This document shows positions 27,502 to 39,964 of a DNA stretch of 64,000 nucleotides, piece after piece (the stretch's first letter is position 1; the number at the start of each line of letters is the position of its first letter). The notes beneath the pieces were generated by a model that saw nothing but the letters and a program-made list of their open reading frames with translations, was not told where the DNA came from and did not search any database. A program made the position numbers and the translations under genes. Source of the stretch: Azolla caroliniana (lineage: Eukaryota > Plantae > Polypodiophyta); the NCBI GenBank assembly GCA_043228905.1, contig JBHGNT010000001.1:35898001-35962000 (forward strand), in the 5' to 3' direction.

Positions 27502-30500
27502 TTTTTTTTTTTTTTTTTTGTAAGGAAGATACACCTTAGTATATTACTTGAAAAAGTCTACATAAGAAAAACAGAAGGAGACATTTCATCTCACTTCTTT
27601 TTGTAAGATACAAAAGCTAGTACATCAAATGATACAGATGTTGTGATGTATGAACAAGTAGAACAATACTTGCTATCCACTATCCAACATAAACGAAGGT
27701 ATGGCATAATTCCACTTTGGACCAACAGTTGTCTCTGCAAATAATTGGAGTCCTTGCCATTGGTTCTTAAAGGCCACTTGTCGTTGCCACAAAACATCAT
27801 CCGAACCCTGCAGATCATCATATATGGCCATGAAGTGTGTGAACAAACAACATCCAGAATTCAATAAGCATAGTGTTGAGCTGTATATGGGCATTGTTAA
27901 AAACAGAATTACATCTCGGTTTCCATATTATCCAAAGAGCCAATGACGTAATTGTACGCCAAATGACCAGATTTTTAATTCTGAACCATGAAATAGAAGA
28001 AGGAAACGAGGTGAGAGAGAGGTGTCCATAAGAAAAATGAAAAACATGAGAAGCATGCATACTTTCATACCTCATAACCTCTCCATGTTGGACACCCCAC
28101 AATACTTTAGCCCAAGAGAATATTGATCGAGAGTAGTGTTGTCTCAACAATAAAAACAACTTACTCCAAAATTTCTTGATCTTGGGACATAATCAAAACA
28201 CATGCAAAATCGATTCAATAGGTGCGCCACAATGCAATTTACAAGCATATTGTTGATGTTGTCTCAACCAATCACCAACAGGAAGAGCATAATGAATCAG
28301 CAGCCATCGAAAGCAAATGACTTTTTTCAGCAATTGCATGCTCCACAACCATTTCCAAAATTTTGCAAGTTGTAATTCCTGCACATTATTCTCAGACCAG
28401 TGCTTCATGGCAGCTGGACATTTATACTTTGATTGCAACAATAAATTTCTACCTAGCTTAACTAAAAATTGGAAAAACTCCAAATGTTTACCATATCCAC
28501 CATAACTTGGCTTTTTCCATTGATAATTAGCCGGATCCCAATCTAAATTTTGAAGATGTTTTTTTTGAAAAACCCACAATGAGCAATACAACAAGCATTC
28601 TTGAAAGGGTGGATCCAAAGACCATTTTTTCCCCGATCTTGCGACTACTCGAATGGCCAAAGTGTTTGTGGACATCCACACATCTTATGCAAAGTATACA
28701 TGCCGCAACCTACCCTCATCATCAACATTAAAATACATAGCATCGCCCGTAACTCCTAAAATAACTTTTAAAGGAGAAAAATAACCAAACCATATCTGAT
28801 TACTTAAGGGAGACCATGAAGCCATCATTGTCCCAATGCCACTTGCATATCATTACTCATAACAACACCTCCTCGAAGTGAATGCATTGATAAAGATTGT
28901 AACGGACGATTCATAACATGGCATCCCCATGAAAGAACATTACATGCAACTGATGCATCCAAAGCAGCCCAATATAGCCTGGGGCGGCTACCAAGCAAAA
29001 AACCTCTCGCATTAGAGAAGAGAAAATTCCAGGCCAAAGGCTGTCTCAACAAATCATCCATTGTCAAAGGCATTTTTCGGACCAAAAATTTCTTAACATC
29101 AACCCAACTTGTGAGAATTCCATTAAAAAATCTATCTTCTGGTAAGGATGTTTTAAAGAAATGAAAATTCTAAATAAATGTCCACCTTAACGAGAGTTGC
29201 CAAACTCCGCCAATTGTCAAATAGATAGTAGACAACTTATGCATCATTAGCTAACTCCAAATACCTTGCATTGGCAACATAGCTCTACACACAAATTTAG
29301 AGAGCAAGGCCTTACATTGCGATTCCAGATCCACCAACCCCAACCCACCATTTTGTCTTGGAGCAATCAATATTGCCCAAGCTACTTTAGGCCTTTTATT
29401 CTGACCTATTTTTCCTCCCCAAATGTAATTGCAAATAAGACGTTGGACCTGCAAAATACATGACCTAGCAAACAATGTAGTAGAAGCAATATACCAAATA
29501 GTTGCCGGAAGAACCTGATTAGCTACGAGTACACGGCTTGCAAATGATAAGTCAACCAAATCCCAAAGCAACAATTTTCTTCTTAACTAACACATCAACA
29601 TTAACGTGAAGTCCCACTTGGCAACCAAAGTAATGAATAGTGGTTCCATCAGGAACCCATTCGAATTCTTACGAAGGCATCCAAGTAGGCAACGGATTTG
29701 GTGATACCCAAAAACCAAGAGATTTATGCCAATTTATCTTTGCCCCCGAGGCCAAGCAAAATTCCTCCACCGCTACTTGTAAATTTATTAAATTATCATC
29801 ATTACCTTGGACATAAATTGTTGTATCATCAACAAATTCTGAATCCAGCTGTTGTTGCTGCATTAAGGGCAAAGGCAAACCCTTAAGAGAAACTTGGGAA
29901 GAATTTAAATACATTGAAAATGTTTCCACTACTAGCAAAAACAAGGATGGGGCCAATGGACAACCTTGACGTACAGAACGCGAAATAGAAAATTTTCTAG
30001 TTTGCCCACCAGCTACCAAGACCGAACTAAACGCCTCACAATACAAAGAAGCTACAACCCTAAACCATTGGATCGGAAAGCCTAGTCTCAAAAATGAACA
30101 CTCCATGAAGTCCCAATTAACTCTATCATATACCTTCTCAAAATCTAATAAAAGAACTGTGAGGTCCTCTTTAGTCTTCGTCGCAATCCCTGTTAACTCC
30201 CAAAACAAAAAAACATTATCAAAGATATTATGTTCCTGCATAAATCCTATCTGAGATGCATGCACAATGTCCGGAAGAAACGGCTGCAATCGCAAAGCCA
30301 ACAAGTTGGCATATATTTTGTAAATTGTGTTTAATAGAGTAATGGGGTGTCAACCCTTAACCTCATTTGTGACTACATCAACTTTCGGAATGAGGCAAAC
30401 CAAGCCCTCTTTCCACATTTGTGGCATAATACCTGTACTAAACATTTCTTGAAATGCCGCAAGTAAATCATTAGCAATTAGGTCCCAGTATGTAAGGAAA

Positions 30501-31119
30501 AATTCTCTGCCCATTCCATCTACTCTCGGGCAGACATCTGTCCCAATAGCTTTGATAACCTGCAAAATTTCAAAAGAGGAAAATGGATGGAGAAGTTGAT
30601 GTGACATCTGAGATGTTACCTTGACTGAAGTAGCAGTCCAAACTTTTTCACGCATTTGTAAAACTTCATCATTCGGAATATCTGTTAATAACAGAGACTT
30701 ATAATAATCGGCTACAATATGCCTCATTTCAACTCTATCCGTTGTGACAGAACCATCAGATCTTTTTAACTACACAATCTGGATCTTATTTCTTTTAGGC
30801 GTAACATTTTTAAAAAAATATTTTGACATGGTGTCACCTTTTGCACACCATCTTGCTGCAGATGTTTGAAAAGAAAATTGTGCACGCTTTTGCTGCAAAG
30901 AAGAAATCAACATCATAACATTTTGCAATTCAGAATGGATATATTGAGAATGAGGTTGTTTTTCCTGCAGAATTTGAAGAGAAGCCAAACCTCTCTTTGC
31001 ATTCAACAAACCTCTAGTGTAATTACTTTGTTTAATCTTAGCTTGCTGCACAAAGAAGTTGGAGACTACAATAAGAGCATTCCGTAATTTCTGACAATTA
31101 GAATCTCCAACAACCATTT
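27502..31119 (-). mobile_element. 5'-truncated, degenerate L1-type LINE (RT and zf-RVT region) with poly(A) tail and TSD
   Basis: Broken ORF2 pieces: G*HPITLLNTIYK, LLDFEKVYDRVNWDF, RQGCPLAP, EFVDD, GGLGLVDL, C..C...ESILHVF, LWIIWKPRCNSVF. Poly-T on + at 27502-27519. Duplicated flank CATTCTCCACTAGTTTT at 27489-27505 and 31120-31136. Confidence 0.92.
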
Positions 31120-31524
31120 CATTCTCCACTAGTTTTCCAATGCATATCTTCATTATTGGGTAATGATGTTACCTCAAAACCTAACTTGTGTGACACACAC
31201 AAAGATAGATAGATAGATTGTATTATCGTATTCACAGGTCAAATATAAATATGAGACCAAAAATATTACATTTCACATGATACATGTGAAAGTGAGTAGT
31301 GGCTCTCGATGTTCAAGAACTTTACCAATGAATGTTACAATCGCGAGTGCACATTATGGCTATGATTGAAATTCGTGCAAGGATTGGGTGTGGTCACGGA
31401 GAGAGATGGACATACAGACAGAGACAGAGACAGAGATGCATTGTTCCATTGGAGGATAGTACACATAGGTTCATTAAATGTCCAATAGTGTGTACAATTT
31501 CCAGGAAGTACTTATCGAACATTT

Positions 31525-34500
31525 TGTTGGTGATCAACGCTTCGATTCACCTTCTTCACCCGGCCACAACCGAGTAATCGCGGATCAATGGAGCAGAAAA
31601 TAGGAACCAAAGAGAGAAATACACGAGTACACAGGGATTAACGTGGAAAACCCTAGATGGGAAAAAACCACGGGAGTACAAGACTCCAAACAACACTATA
31701 CAAAGAGAAGTATACAATGACGAGCTCCAAGGCGACGACCTTGAGCTCGCTGTCCTCGCCACAGGCGGCGGAAATACACAGAGGCGTCGTCCTCTTCCTC
31801 ACTCGCGCTCTATCTCTCTCTCTCTCTCACGGCTGCTCCCTCTTCACTCCTCTAAAGTGGAAAAACAGAAAAATAAGAAGCAACAGTAAAACTGTTTGCC
31901 CTAAGTCATATTTATACTTATATGACTTTGGGCTATTTACAACTGTAGCCTCAGGGGCCCATAGCGAACATATTCACGGATATGTCCCTGCATCCGGATC
32001 GCTCTCCGGGTACATTCGTCATCCGGTACCGAAACCGGGGTCTTCGTCATCCGGATCCGAAACTGAAACCGGGCTTGTCGGCATTCATCTCCGATATCCG
32101 ACCATCCCATCCGAAGGGACCGTAATCCCAACAAACTCCCCCTTCACTTCGGCATGGGATGTCTCTCCAATCCGATCCTCTTCCGGCATGCTTCCAGCTT
32201 GTCGGGTGTGAGCACCTTGGTCAGCATATCCGACCCGTTCTCGTCCGTGTGGATCTTCGTCAGCACGAACTCCTTGTCTTCTATCCTTTCCCGGATCCAG
32301 TGATATCTTCGCTGGATGTGCTTCGTCCGGGAGTGATAGGCCGCGTTCTTTGCAAGGTGGATTGCACTCTGACTGTCGCAGTAGAGTCGGTACTCCTCCT
32401 GCCGGATACCGAGCTCTCTAATGAAGTCCTTCATCCATATTATTTCCTTGCCGGCTTCAACAGCCGCCATGTACTCCGCCTCCGTGGTTGACAGCGCAAC
32501 CGTCTTCTGCAGCCTCGACTGCCATGAAACAGCTCCCCCTGCATACGTCATCACATACCCTGATGTGGACCGGCTGGTATCTGCATCAGCCGACATATCC
32601 GAATCGGTAAAGCCGTCGAGTTCGGGCTTTCCGGAGCCGAATCGGAGGCACACGTTTGCTGTGCCCTTCAGGTATCAGAGTATCCACTTGACCGCGTTCC
32701 AATGCTCTTTGCCGGGATTGCTCATGTACCGGCTCACCACTCCGACTGCATATCCGATGTCCGGTCTCGTACACACCATGGCGTACATCAAGCTCCCGAC
32801 GGCTGAGGCATACGGCACTTTCATCATATCCTCCTTTTCAGCCTTTGTCTTGGGACTTTGCTTGCTGGACAACTTGCAGTTTGTCGGGAGGGACGATCCG
32901 ACCGGTCTCGCTTCCGACATGTTGAACCGGTGAAGCACCTTCGTCACGTACTTCTCCTGTGACAGCCACAACTGCTTCTTCTTCCGGTCCCGGATGATGT
33001 GCATCCCTAGTATTTGCCTCGCCGGACCCAGGTCCTTCATTGAGAAGGTTCGGTGAAGAGCCTTCTTCAGCATCCGTATATTGACCTGGTCCCGTCCGAC
33101 GATCAACATGTCGTCCACGTACAGGAGGAGTATTAGAGAGTCTCCTCCTTCGAACTTCTTCACAAACACGCAGTGGTCGGACTGCGTTTTGAGGTACCCT
33201 TCGTCGGTCATGAAGGAGTCGAACTTCCGGTACCATTGCCGGGGAGCCTGCTTCAGTCCGTAAAGGCTCTTCTTCAACCGGCATACTAGGTGCTCCTTCC
33301 CTTTCTTCTCGAATCCTTCCGGTTGCTGCATGTAGATCTCTTCTTCGAGGTCACCGTGAAGGAATGCCGTCTTCACGTCCATCTGTTCTACCTCGAGGTC
33401 CATGCTTGCCGCTATGCTCAGCACCGTCCGGATGGAGGTCATCTTCACTACCGGGGCAAATATCTCGTCGAAGTCGACGCCCTTCTTCTGCTGAAACCCC
33501 TTCACCACGATCCTGGCTTTGTATCTCGGGGGGTTTCCGGCATCTCCCGGTTTCAGCTTGAACACCCACTTGTTACGGAGTGCCCGTTTTCCTTTCGGCA
33601 ACTCCACAAGTTCATATGTGTGGTTCTCATGCAGGGAATCCATCTCGTCCTGCATGGCACTCAACCACCTGCGGCTCTGGGTGTCATGCTTTGCTTCTTC
33701 AAAGCTCTCCGGCTCCCCCTCGTCGGTTAGCAGCACGTGCTCTGGTTCCGGAAATCTCCGGGGGGCCCTTCTCTCTCTTAGAGGATATCTCCGTTCCGGA
33801 GCTTCAGTAACCGGTTCTTCCGATTCTTCTTCTTCATCCGAATCCATTTCGGGATCGGGGCCGGTTCCGGTATCATTTTCATCTTCTTCGGCCGGTTCTG
33901 TTTCTTCACCGTCTTCGGCCGGATCCTCGAGTGCTAACCGGTCCCTTGCCGGTCGGGACTGCTCCTCGTAGAGTTGATCCTCACCGGTCGACTTGGAGCT
34001 CTTCATCTTCTTCTCCGACTCCCAGTCGGCGAGTGTCTTGTTCTCCATGAAGATGATATCACGACTCCGGAATATCTTCTTGTCAACCGGGTCCCATACT
34101 CGGTAGCCGAACTCGTCGTCGCCGTAACCGAGGAATATGCATGGCCGGGTCTTTGGATCTAGCTTTCCTCTCCGGTCCTTTGCCACATGCACGTATGCGA
34201 GACACCCGAACACCTTCAGATGCCGGTAGGATACTTCCCTACCGGTCCACACTCTCTGCGGCGTGTCTCCGTCCAAAGGTACTGAGGGTGATCTGTTTAT
34301 CACATATGTCGCCGTCGACATTGCCTCAGCCCAAAATCCCTTGGGTAATTTCGCATGTGCCAGCATACTCCGGACCCTCTCCATTATGGTCCGGTTCATC
34401 CTCTCGGCCAGCCCGTTCAGTTCCGGCGTCTTCGGCACAGTAAACTCGAGTCGGATTCCCTTCGAGCGACAGTACTCCTGGAACTGCCCCCGGTATTCCC

Positions 34501-36856
34501 CTCCGTTATCCGCTCGTATCGCTTTCAGCTTCTTGCCGGATTCCCTTTCCACTCTCGCGTGGAGTTCTTTGAAGACGCACAACACTTGGTCCTTTGTCTT
34601 CATCGGTGCCGTCCACAGTTTTCGGCTATGATCATCGATGAATGTTACGAAGTACTGGGCTCCGCCATGTGACTTCGTTTCTACCTGACACACATCAGTG
34701 TGCACCAACTCCAATGGTGCGCTACGTCTCGTCGGTGGCCTTGAGTGGAAGGAAGTTCGGTTCTGCTTACCGGCCAGGCAATCGGTGCACTTCTCCAGGT
34801 GCACATGCTTCACTGGGATAAGGTTGTCTTCTGCAAGCCTCTTCATCCCCTTCTCACTCATGTGGCACAGTCTTTTGTGCCACAGCTCACCGGCAGTGTC
34901 GGCTGCCACATTCAGCTCTTCCGGACATAACCGGGCATTCATCAGGTACAGTGTGTTGTCTTTCCGGGCCCGAGCCACTATCAGGCTCCCCTTGCTGAAC
35001 TTCATTACGCCGTTCTGGATGCTACCCGTGTAGCCTTCATCATCTAGCCTCCCGGCCGAAATCAGGTTCAGTCGGACCTCCGGAACGTGTCGGACATTCT
35101 TCAGCAGCATTTTGCATCCGGTCGGGGTTGTCAACCACACGTCTCCTATGCCGGCAATCCGGCACGTACCTTCGTTTCCCATCCGAACACAGCCATGCTC
35201 ACCGGCTGTGTAGGATGAGAAGTATCTTCTCTCCGGGGTCAGGTGGAACGATGCTCCGGAATCGACCACCCAGGTCGTCTCATCGCCGGCAATGTTTAGC
35301 TCACCTTCTTCGGTGATGAGCATGATTTCTTCCTCACTTGCCGCGAGTGCCGTCGTTCCTTTCCGGTCCTGCCCTCGCCGATCCGAACCTCTCCGGTCCA
35401 TGGCTCCCCGGTATGCACCGTTTCTCTCCGGTGACTTCTTCGAATCGGTGTCGTCGGCTCCGTTGTCTTTTCGGTAATGCCGACAATTCTTTCGGAAGTG
35501 CCCCGGCTTCCCACAGTGGAAGCATGTGGGCCTTCCTCTTGACTGCGACCGGGTCCCCGACTTCTCCCGTCTTTGCGGACTCCGGTTCCATTGTCTTCCC
35601 CGATCTGATTCGGTAAGCAGCGCCTTCGGGTCGGAGGCCGGTTCTTTATCTCTCCGACGCGCTTCTTCGTTCAAAATACTTGTCTTTACCGTTTGCAAGG
35701 ACAAGTTATCTTCGGTGCAGGAGGTGCTGAGAGTCACCACCAAGTTCTCCCAGCTTTCCGGCAATGTACACATCAGGATGATGGCTTGCATTGCATCCTC
35801 CAACGGGAACTTGATCGCCGCAAGCTGATTCACGAATCCCATGAACGTGCTTACGTGTTCCACCATACTCTCGCCGTCCCGGTACTTGAGATTCACTATC
35901 TTCCTCATCAGGGAGGTCCGATTCAACGCATTCTTCCTCTCGTAGAGGCCCGACAGCTTCTTCCACATTTCATATGCGTTGGTGTCGTTTGCCACATGTT
36001 GTAGGACGCTCACGTCGACGTATTGCCGAATGGTTGCAACGGCTTTCCGGTTCAGAAGCCTCCATTCCGACTCAAGTACCCCTTTCGGTATTTCCGACCT
36101 GTCAATCGGTTCGTACAGGTCCCGAACAATCAGAAGATCCTCCATCTTGATCTTCCAGTCGGCGTAATTCTGTGCATTCAGCACCATCATCCCCGGCTGC
36201 CCGCTGCCGCCGCCTTCCATTTTCTGCAACAGTCGCTCTGATACCAGTTTGTTGGTGATCAACGCTTCGATTCACCTTCTTCACCCGGCCACAACCGAGT
36301 AATCGCGGATCAATGGAGCAGAAAATAGGAACCAAAGAGAGAAATACACGAGTACACAGGGATTAACGTGGAAAACCCTAGATGGGAAAAAACCACGGGA
36401 GTACAAGACTCCAAACAACACTATACAAAGAGAAGTATACAATGACGAGCTCCAAGGCGACGACCTTGAGCTCGCTGTCCTCGCCACAGGCGGCGGAAAT
36501 ACACAGAGGCGTCGTCCTCTTCCTCACTCGCGCTCTATCTCTCTCTCTCTCACGGCTGCTCCCTCTTCACTCCTCTAAAGTGGAAAAACAGAAAAATAAG
36601 AAGCAACAGTAAAACTGTTTGCCCTAAGTCATATTTATACTTATATGACTTTGGGCTATTTACAACTGTAGCCTCAGGGGCCCATAGCGAACATATTCAC
36701 GGATATGTCCCTGCATCCGGATCGCTCTCCGGGTACATTCGTCATCCGGTACCGAAACCGGGGTCTTCGTCATCCGGATCCGAAACTGAAACCGGGCTTG
36801 TCGGCATTCATCTCCGATATCCGACCATCCCATCCGAAGGGACCGTAATCCCAACA
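31525..36856 (-). mobile_element. Full-length Ty1/copia LTR retrotransposon (Tnt1/Tork-like), very young
   Basis: LTRs 36250-36856 (607 bp) and 31525-32133 (609 bp), TG..CA ends, differing on my reading by one TC microsatellite unit. TSD CATTT at 31520-31524 and 36857-36861. PBS TGGTATCAGAGC (tRNA-iMet) 36246-36235. PPT AGGGGGAG next to the 3' LTR. Confidence 0.97.
32144..36220 (-). CDS. Copia gag-pol polyprotein (gag, CCHC knuckle, protease, integrase, RT, RNase H) with one premature TGA
   Basis: ATG at 36220. CFHCGKPGHFRKNC, WVVDSGASFH, WHKRLCH/ELVHTD/ADNGGEY integrase, YVDDML RT, TDSD..ALSTTEAEY..TKHI RNase H. The two ORF-track pieces are in one frame, separated by TGA at 32677-32675 (KWIL*YLKGT). 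Confidence 0.93.
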
Positions 36857-37200
36857 CATTTGGCAAGTTTTAACCCGTTGTTGTTTGAGATCTCAACAAT
36901 GGGTTTTTTCTCAATATGTTCAAAATGGTTCAAATGATGAGATGGAGATATTGTTCCAATTTTTACATTACTGCAACACAATTGGAATATGCATAATGCT
37001 TTCATGTTTGATACTAGACATGGGGTGAAAGCCTATATAAAAAAACATTAAGGTGTTCTCATATGGAATTTTTGGATGTTAAAGTACGTGGGGATCATTT
37101 CCTCAAATGCATATTCAGGTTTTTTAATGGCATTATAGGACGTCCCTCTCCATACATAGGCATATGATAGTTAGAAGAGACTAACAAGTGTTGTACCTAA

Positions 37201-37416
37201 GTTGATTTTACATACAATTAATATAATTGTTTGCGTTTACCAGAGAGAGAGAGAGAGAGAGATTACATCAAATATGACCTATGAGATTAGATTTGAACCC
37301 GTGACCCATTTAAATTCCGTTACAAGATTTTTGAGAGAGAGAGAGAGCTCAATTGGTAAGGTAGACCTATAATTTTACATACAATTAATATAATATTGTG
37401 CTTTTACCAGAGAGAG

Positions 37417-37456
<40 letters not shown>

Positions 37457-37604
37457 GATCAAATATGACCTATGAGACTAGATTTGAACCCACGACCCAT
37501 TCAAATTCCGTTACAAGATTTTTGAGAGAGAGAGAGAGAGAGAGCTCAGTTGGTAAGGTTGACCTATAATTTGACATACAATTAATATAATTGTTTGCTT
37601 TTAC

Positions 37605-37641
<37 letters not shown>

Positions 37642-38139
37642 GATCAAATATGACCTATGAGACTAGATTTGAACCCGAGACCCATTCAAATTCCGTTACA
37701 AGATTTTTGAGAGAGAGAGAGAGAGAGAGCTGAATTGGTAAGGTTCACCTATAATTTTACATACAATTAATATAATTGTGTGCTTTTACCAAAGAGAGAG
37801 AGAGATTAGATCAAATATGACCTATGAGACTAGATTTGAACCCGTGACCCATTCAAATTCATTCCGTTACAAGATTTTTGAGAGAGAGAGAGAGAGAGAG
37901 AGAGAGCTCAATTGGTAAGGTTGACCTATAATTTTACATACAATTAATATAATATTGTGCTTTTACCAAAGAGAGAATGAGAGAGAGAGAGAGATTAGAT
38001 CAAATATGACCTATGAGACTAGATTTGAACCCGCGACCCATTCAAATTCCGTTACAAGATTTTTGAGAGAGAGAGAGAGAGCTCAGTTGGTAAGGTTGAC
38101 CTATAATTTGACATACAATTAATATAATTGTTTGCTTTT

Positions 38140-38174
<35 letters not shown>

Positions 38175-38279
38175 GATCAAATATGACCTATGAGACTAGA
38201 TTTGAACCCGTGACCCATTCAAATTCCGTTACAAGATTTTTGAGAGAGAGAGAGAGAGCTCAATTGGTAAGGTTGACCA
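37201..38279. repeat. Tandem array of ~175-197 bp units, each with two (GA)n tracts (about 6 copies)
   Basis: Units restart at ~37201 (partial), 37361, 37558, 37743, 37920, 38095. Conserved core attagatcaaatatgacctatgagactagatttgaaccc..gacccattcaaattccgttacaagattttt; most length variation is in the GA tracts. Confidence 0.92.
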
Positions 38280-38523
38280 ATGGAGACCACATGGTCATGG
38301 GTTCAACCTGTTAGAGTTATGTTCTAAAGTAAGCATATGATAAGGATAACAAAGATAGATTAATAAGAAAGGAGAGAGAGAAAGAAAGGTGTCGATCCAC
38401 CCGACCACCCTCCTCTCTCATCTATTTATCGATTAAATCCTTATCATATGCTTGCATTAGGAGCTAGCTCTAAGACAACCCATACATATCTAGTGAAATA
38501 AGGGATATCCAAGTGCTAATTAC
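38257..38523 (+). mobile_element. tRNA-derived SINE-like element (copy interrupted by two insertions)
   Basis: A-box-like AGCTCAATTGG and B-box-like GGTTCAACC. After the 167-bp insert the sequence resumes gtgaaataagggatatc, as in the copies at 42.0 and 55.9 kb. Confidence 0.65.
38309..38475. mobile_element. 167-bp fold-back (MITE-like) element with ~38-bp imperfect TIRs and 5-bp TSD
   Basis: Left end TGTTAGAG..AAGCATATGATAAGGA, right end TCCTTATCATATGCTT..CTCTAAGA. CAACC duplicated at 38304-38308 and 38476-38480. Confidence 0.75.
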
Positions 38524-39632
38524 TGTTAGATATGGAGTCAGCCATAACCAAACTTCCAACACAAAGGAGAGGGAAGAACATGAAATGAAATGTACATACT
38601 CAAAGACACCATATGTTAATGTGGAAAACCCTGAATGGGAAAAACCAATGGAGTCCACAAACTCCAAACTAATCACTAAAGCAAGAGGGATACATCAGGA
38701 ATCTCTACGGCAACAACCTTGAGCTCTTCTTCTTAGTGTACAGATAGTTACAAAGTTACTCTCACTCTCTCTTAGTTAGCTCACATTCAGTACACCCTTC
38801 TACAACTCACCCTCTCTGATTATTAGTCCTAGGTGTATTTACACTAATACACTGAATGGGCTATTTACAAATATGGCATGCAGTCATAGTTCTAGTCATA
38901 CGTCCCATTCGTGTCATACTCAAACGCCAATATTCGTATCATACTCATACGTGAAAAGGCTCCAAGTATGATTGAAATCCATACGCGGTACATAGATATA
39001 TTATATATACATATGGTGTATATGGTGTACATAGTGTGTGTGTGTGTGTGAGGGGGAGAGAGAGAGAGAGAGAGAGAGCGTGTGTGGTCTAGAGAAAGAA
39101 GCCCTGTTTTGCATGTGTGAGGAGACAGTGATTGAGTGTATATCTAGACTCTAGAGAGAGAGAGAGAGAGAGGAGCTATGGGTTTTGTCTGTGTGAGGGA
39201 GTATGTAATATGTATGTATATTAGATATCTAGATTTTGTAGAGAGAGAAAATCTGTTAGTTCTCGTGTGAGAGAGAGAGAGTGTGTGTATGTGTGTCAGA
39301 TGTCACTTCTATTCACAAAATATTATGAATATCAAAAAAAAAAAAAACCAAAAAAAAGTCAAAAAAAAAAAAAGCCAAACGAATATCGCGTATCATACGC
39401 ATACGTTTGCAAACGTTCGCGTACGTCCAGTAAATTGGACGTACGCGAATATTAGGAACTATGCATGTAGTAGGCACATCAAAACATATTTATAGATATA
39501 TCCTCATTTGGATTCATCTCCAAATCCGACCTGATGCCTTCCGACCAATCCAGTTCTGGATCTGACCTCATCCGGATCCATCTGAAATCGGCTCGTACTC
39601 TTCCCATCCGGAGGGACCTGTTTCTCCTAACA
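38524..39632 (-). mobile_element. Solo LTR of a copia family related to the 31.5-36.9 kb element
   Basis: TGTTAG...CTAACA termini, TSD ATTAC (38519-38523 and 39633-39637). Shares motifs with the young LTR (gtggaaaaccct..atgggaaaaa, ccttgagctc, gggctatttacaa, cccatccg.agggacc). Confidence 0.8.
38885..39463. mobile_element. Non-autonomous hAT-type DNA transposon nested in the solo LTR
   Basis: Terminal inverted CATAGTTC...GAACTATG, subterminal catacg/cgtatc repeats, 8-bp TSD CATGCAGT (38877-38884) and CATGTAGT (39464-39471). Confidence 0.7.
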
Positions 39633-39637
39633 ATTAC

Positions 39638-39679
<42 letters not shown>

Positions 39680-39964
39680 GAGGCTCCATCTCAAAGAATT
39701 TTGGAGTTTGTTGAAGCACAACAATTATTACGCATTCCGCCTAGTTATGGGTTTATTTGCTAACAACTACAAAATATTCCATTGATGTAAGGTCCCTTAC
39801 CTCTACAAACAGGAGAACAACGGTGAATTGATTGGTGTTTAAAGTGTTAAACGTCGTTGTTACAAGTGACTACTAATCTTTTGTATCATTGCTCTGTTGA
39901 GTCTCTTGGATGGTTATCATCTAAGGCTGACGAAGAATGGAGAATACACAAATCTGATCATGGG

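Larger units (their letters stand above)
31437..37150 (+). mobile_element. Old LINE 3' (zf-RVT) fragment split by the copia insertion
   Basis: CIVPLEDSTHRFIKCPIV...LSNI (31437-31524) continues after the copia as WQVLTRCCLRSQQWVFSQ...EMEILFQF (36862 onward), colinear with the uninterrupted copy at 40097-40444. Confidence 0.8.

Noticed and set aside
32675-32677. Programmed stop-codon readthrough in copia pol
   Set aside because: The position is a conserved Arg in ILRYL at the RT/RNase H junction, not a gag/pol or pol/env boundary; a CpG transition is the simpler explanation.
31556-36866. Many short ORFs on both strands within the copia element and its LTRs
   Set aside because: Expected from GC-rich sequence overlapping gag-pol; the duplicated peptides simply reflect the two LTRs.
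37201-38279. Possible CRISPR-like repeat/spacer array
   Set aside because: Eukaryotic context, and the variable parts are GA microsatellites rather than unique spacers.
38257-38308. tRNA gene calls for the A/B-box sequences (also 42007, 55872, ~17310-17360)
   Set aside because: No convincing cloverleaf (acceptor and anticodon stems absent); treated as tRNA-derived repeats.
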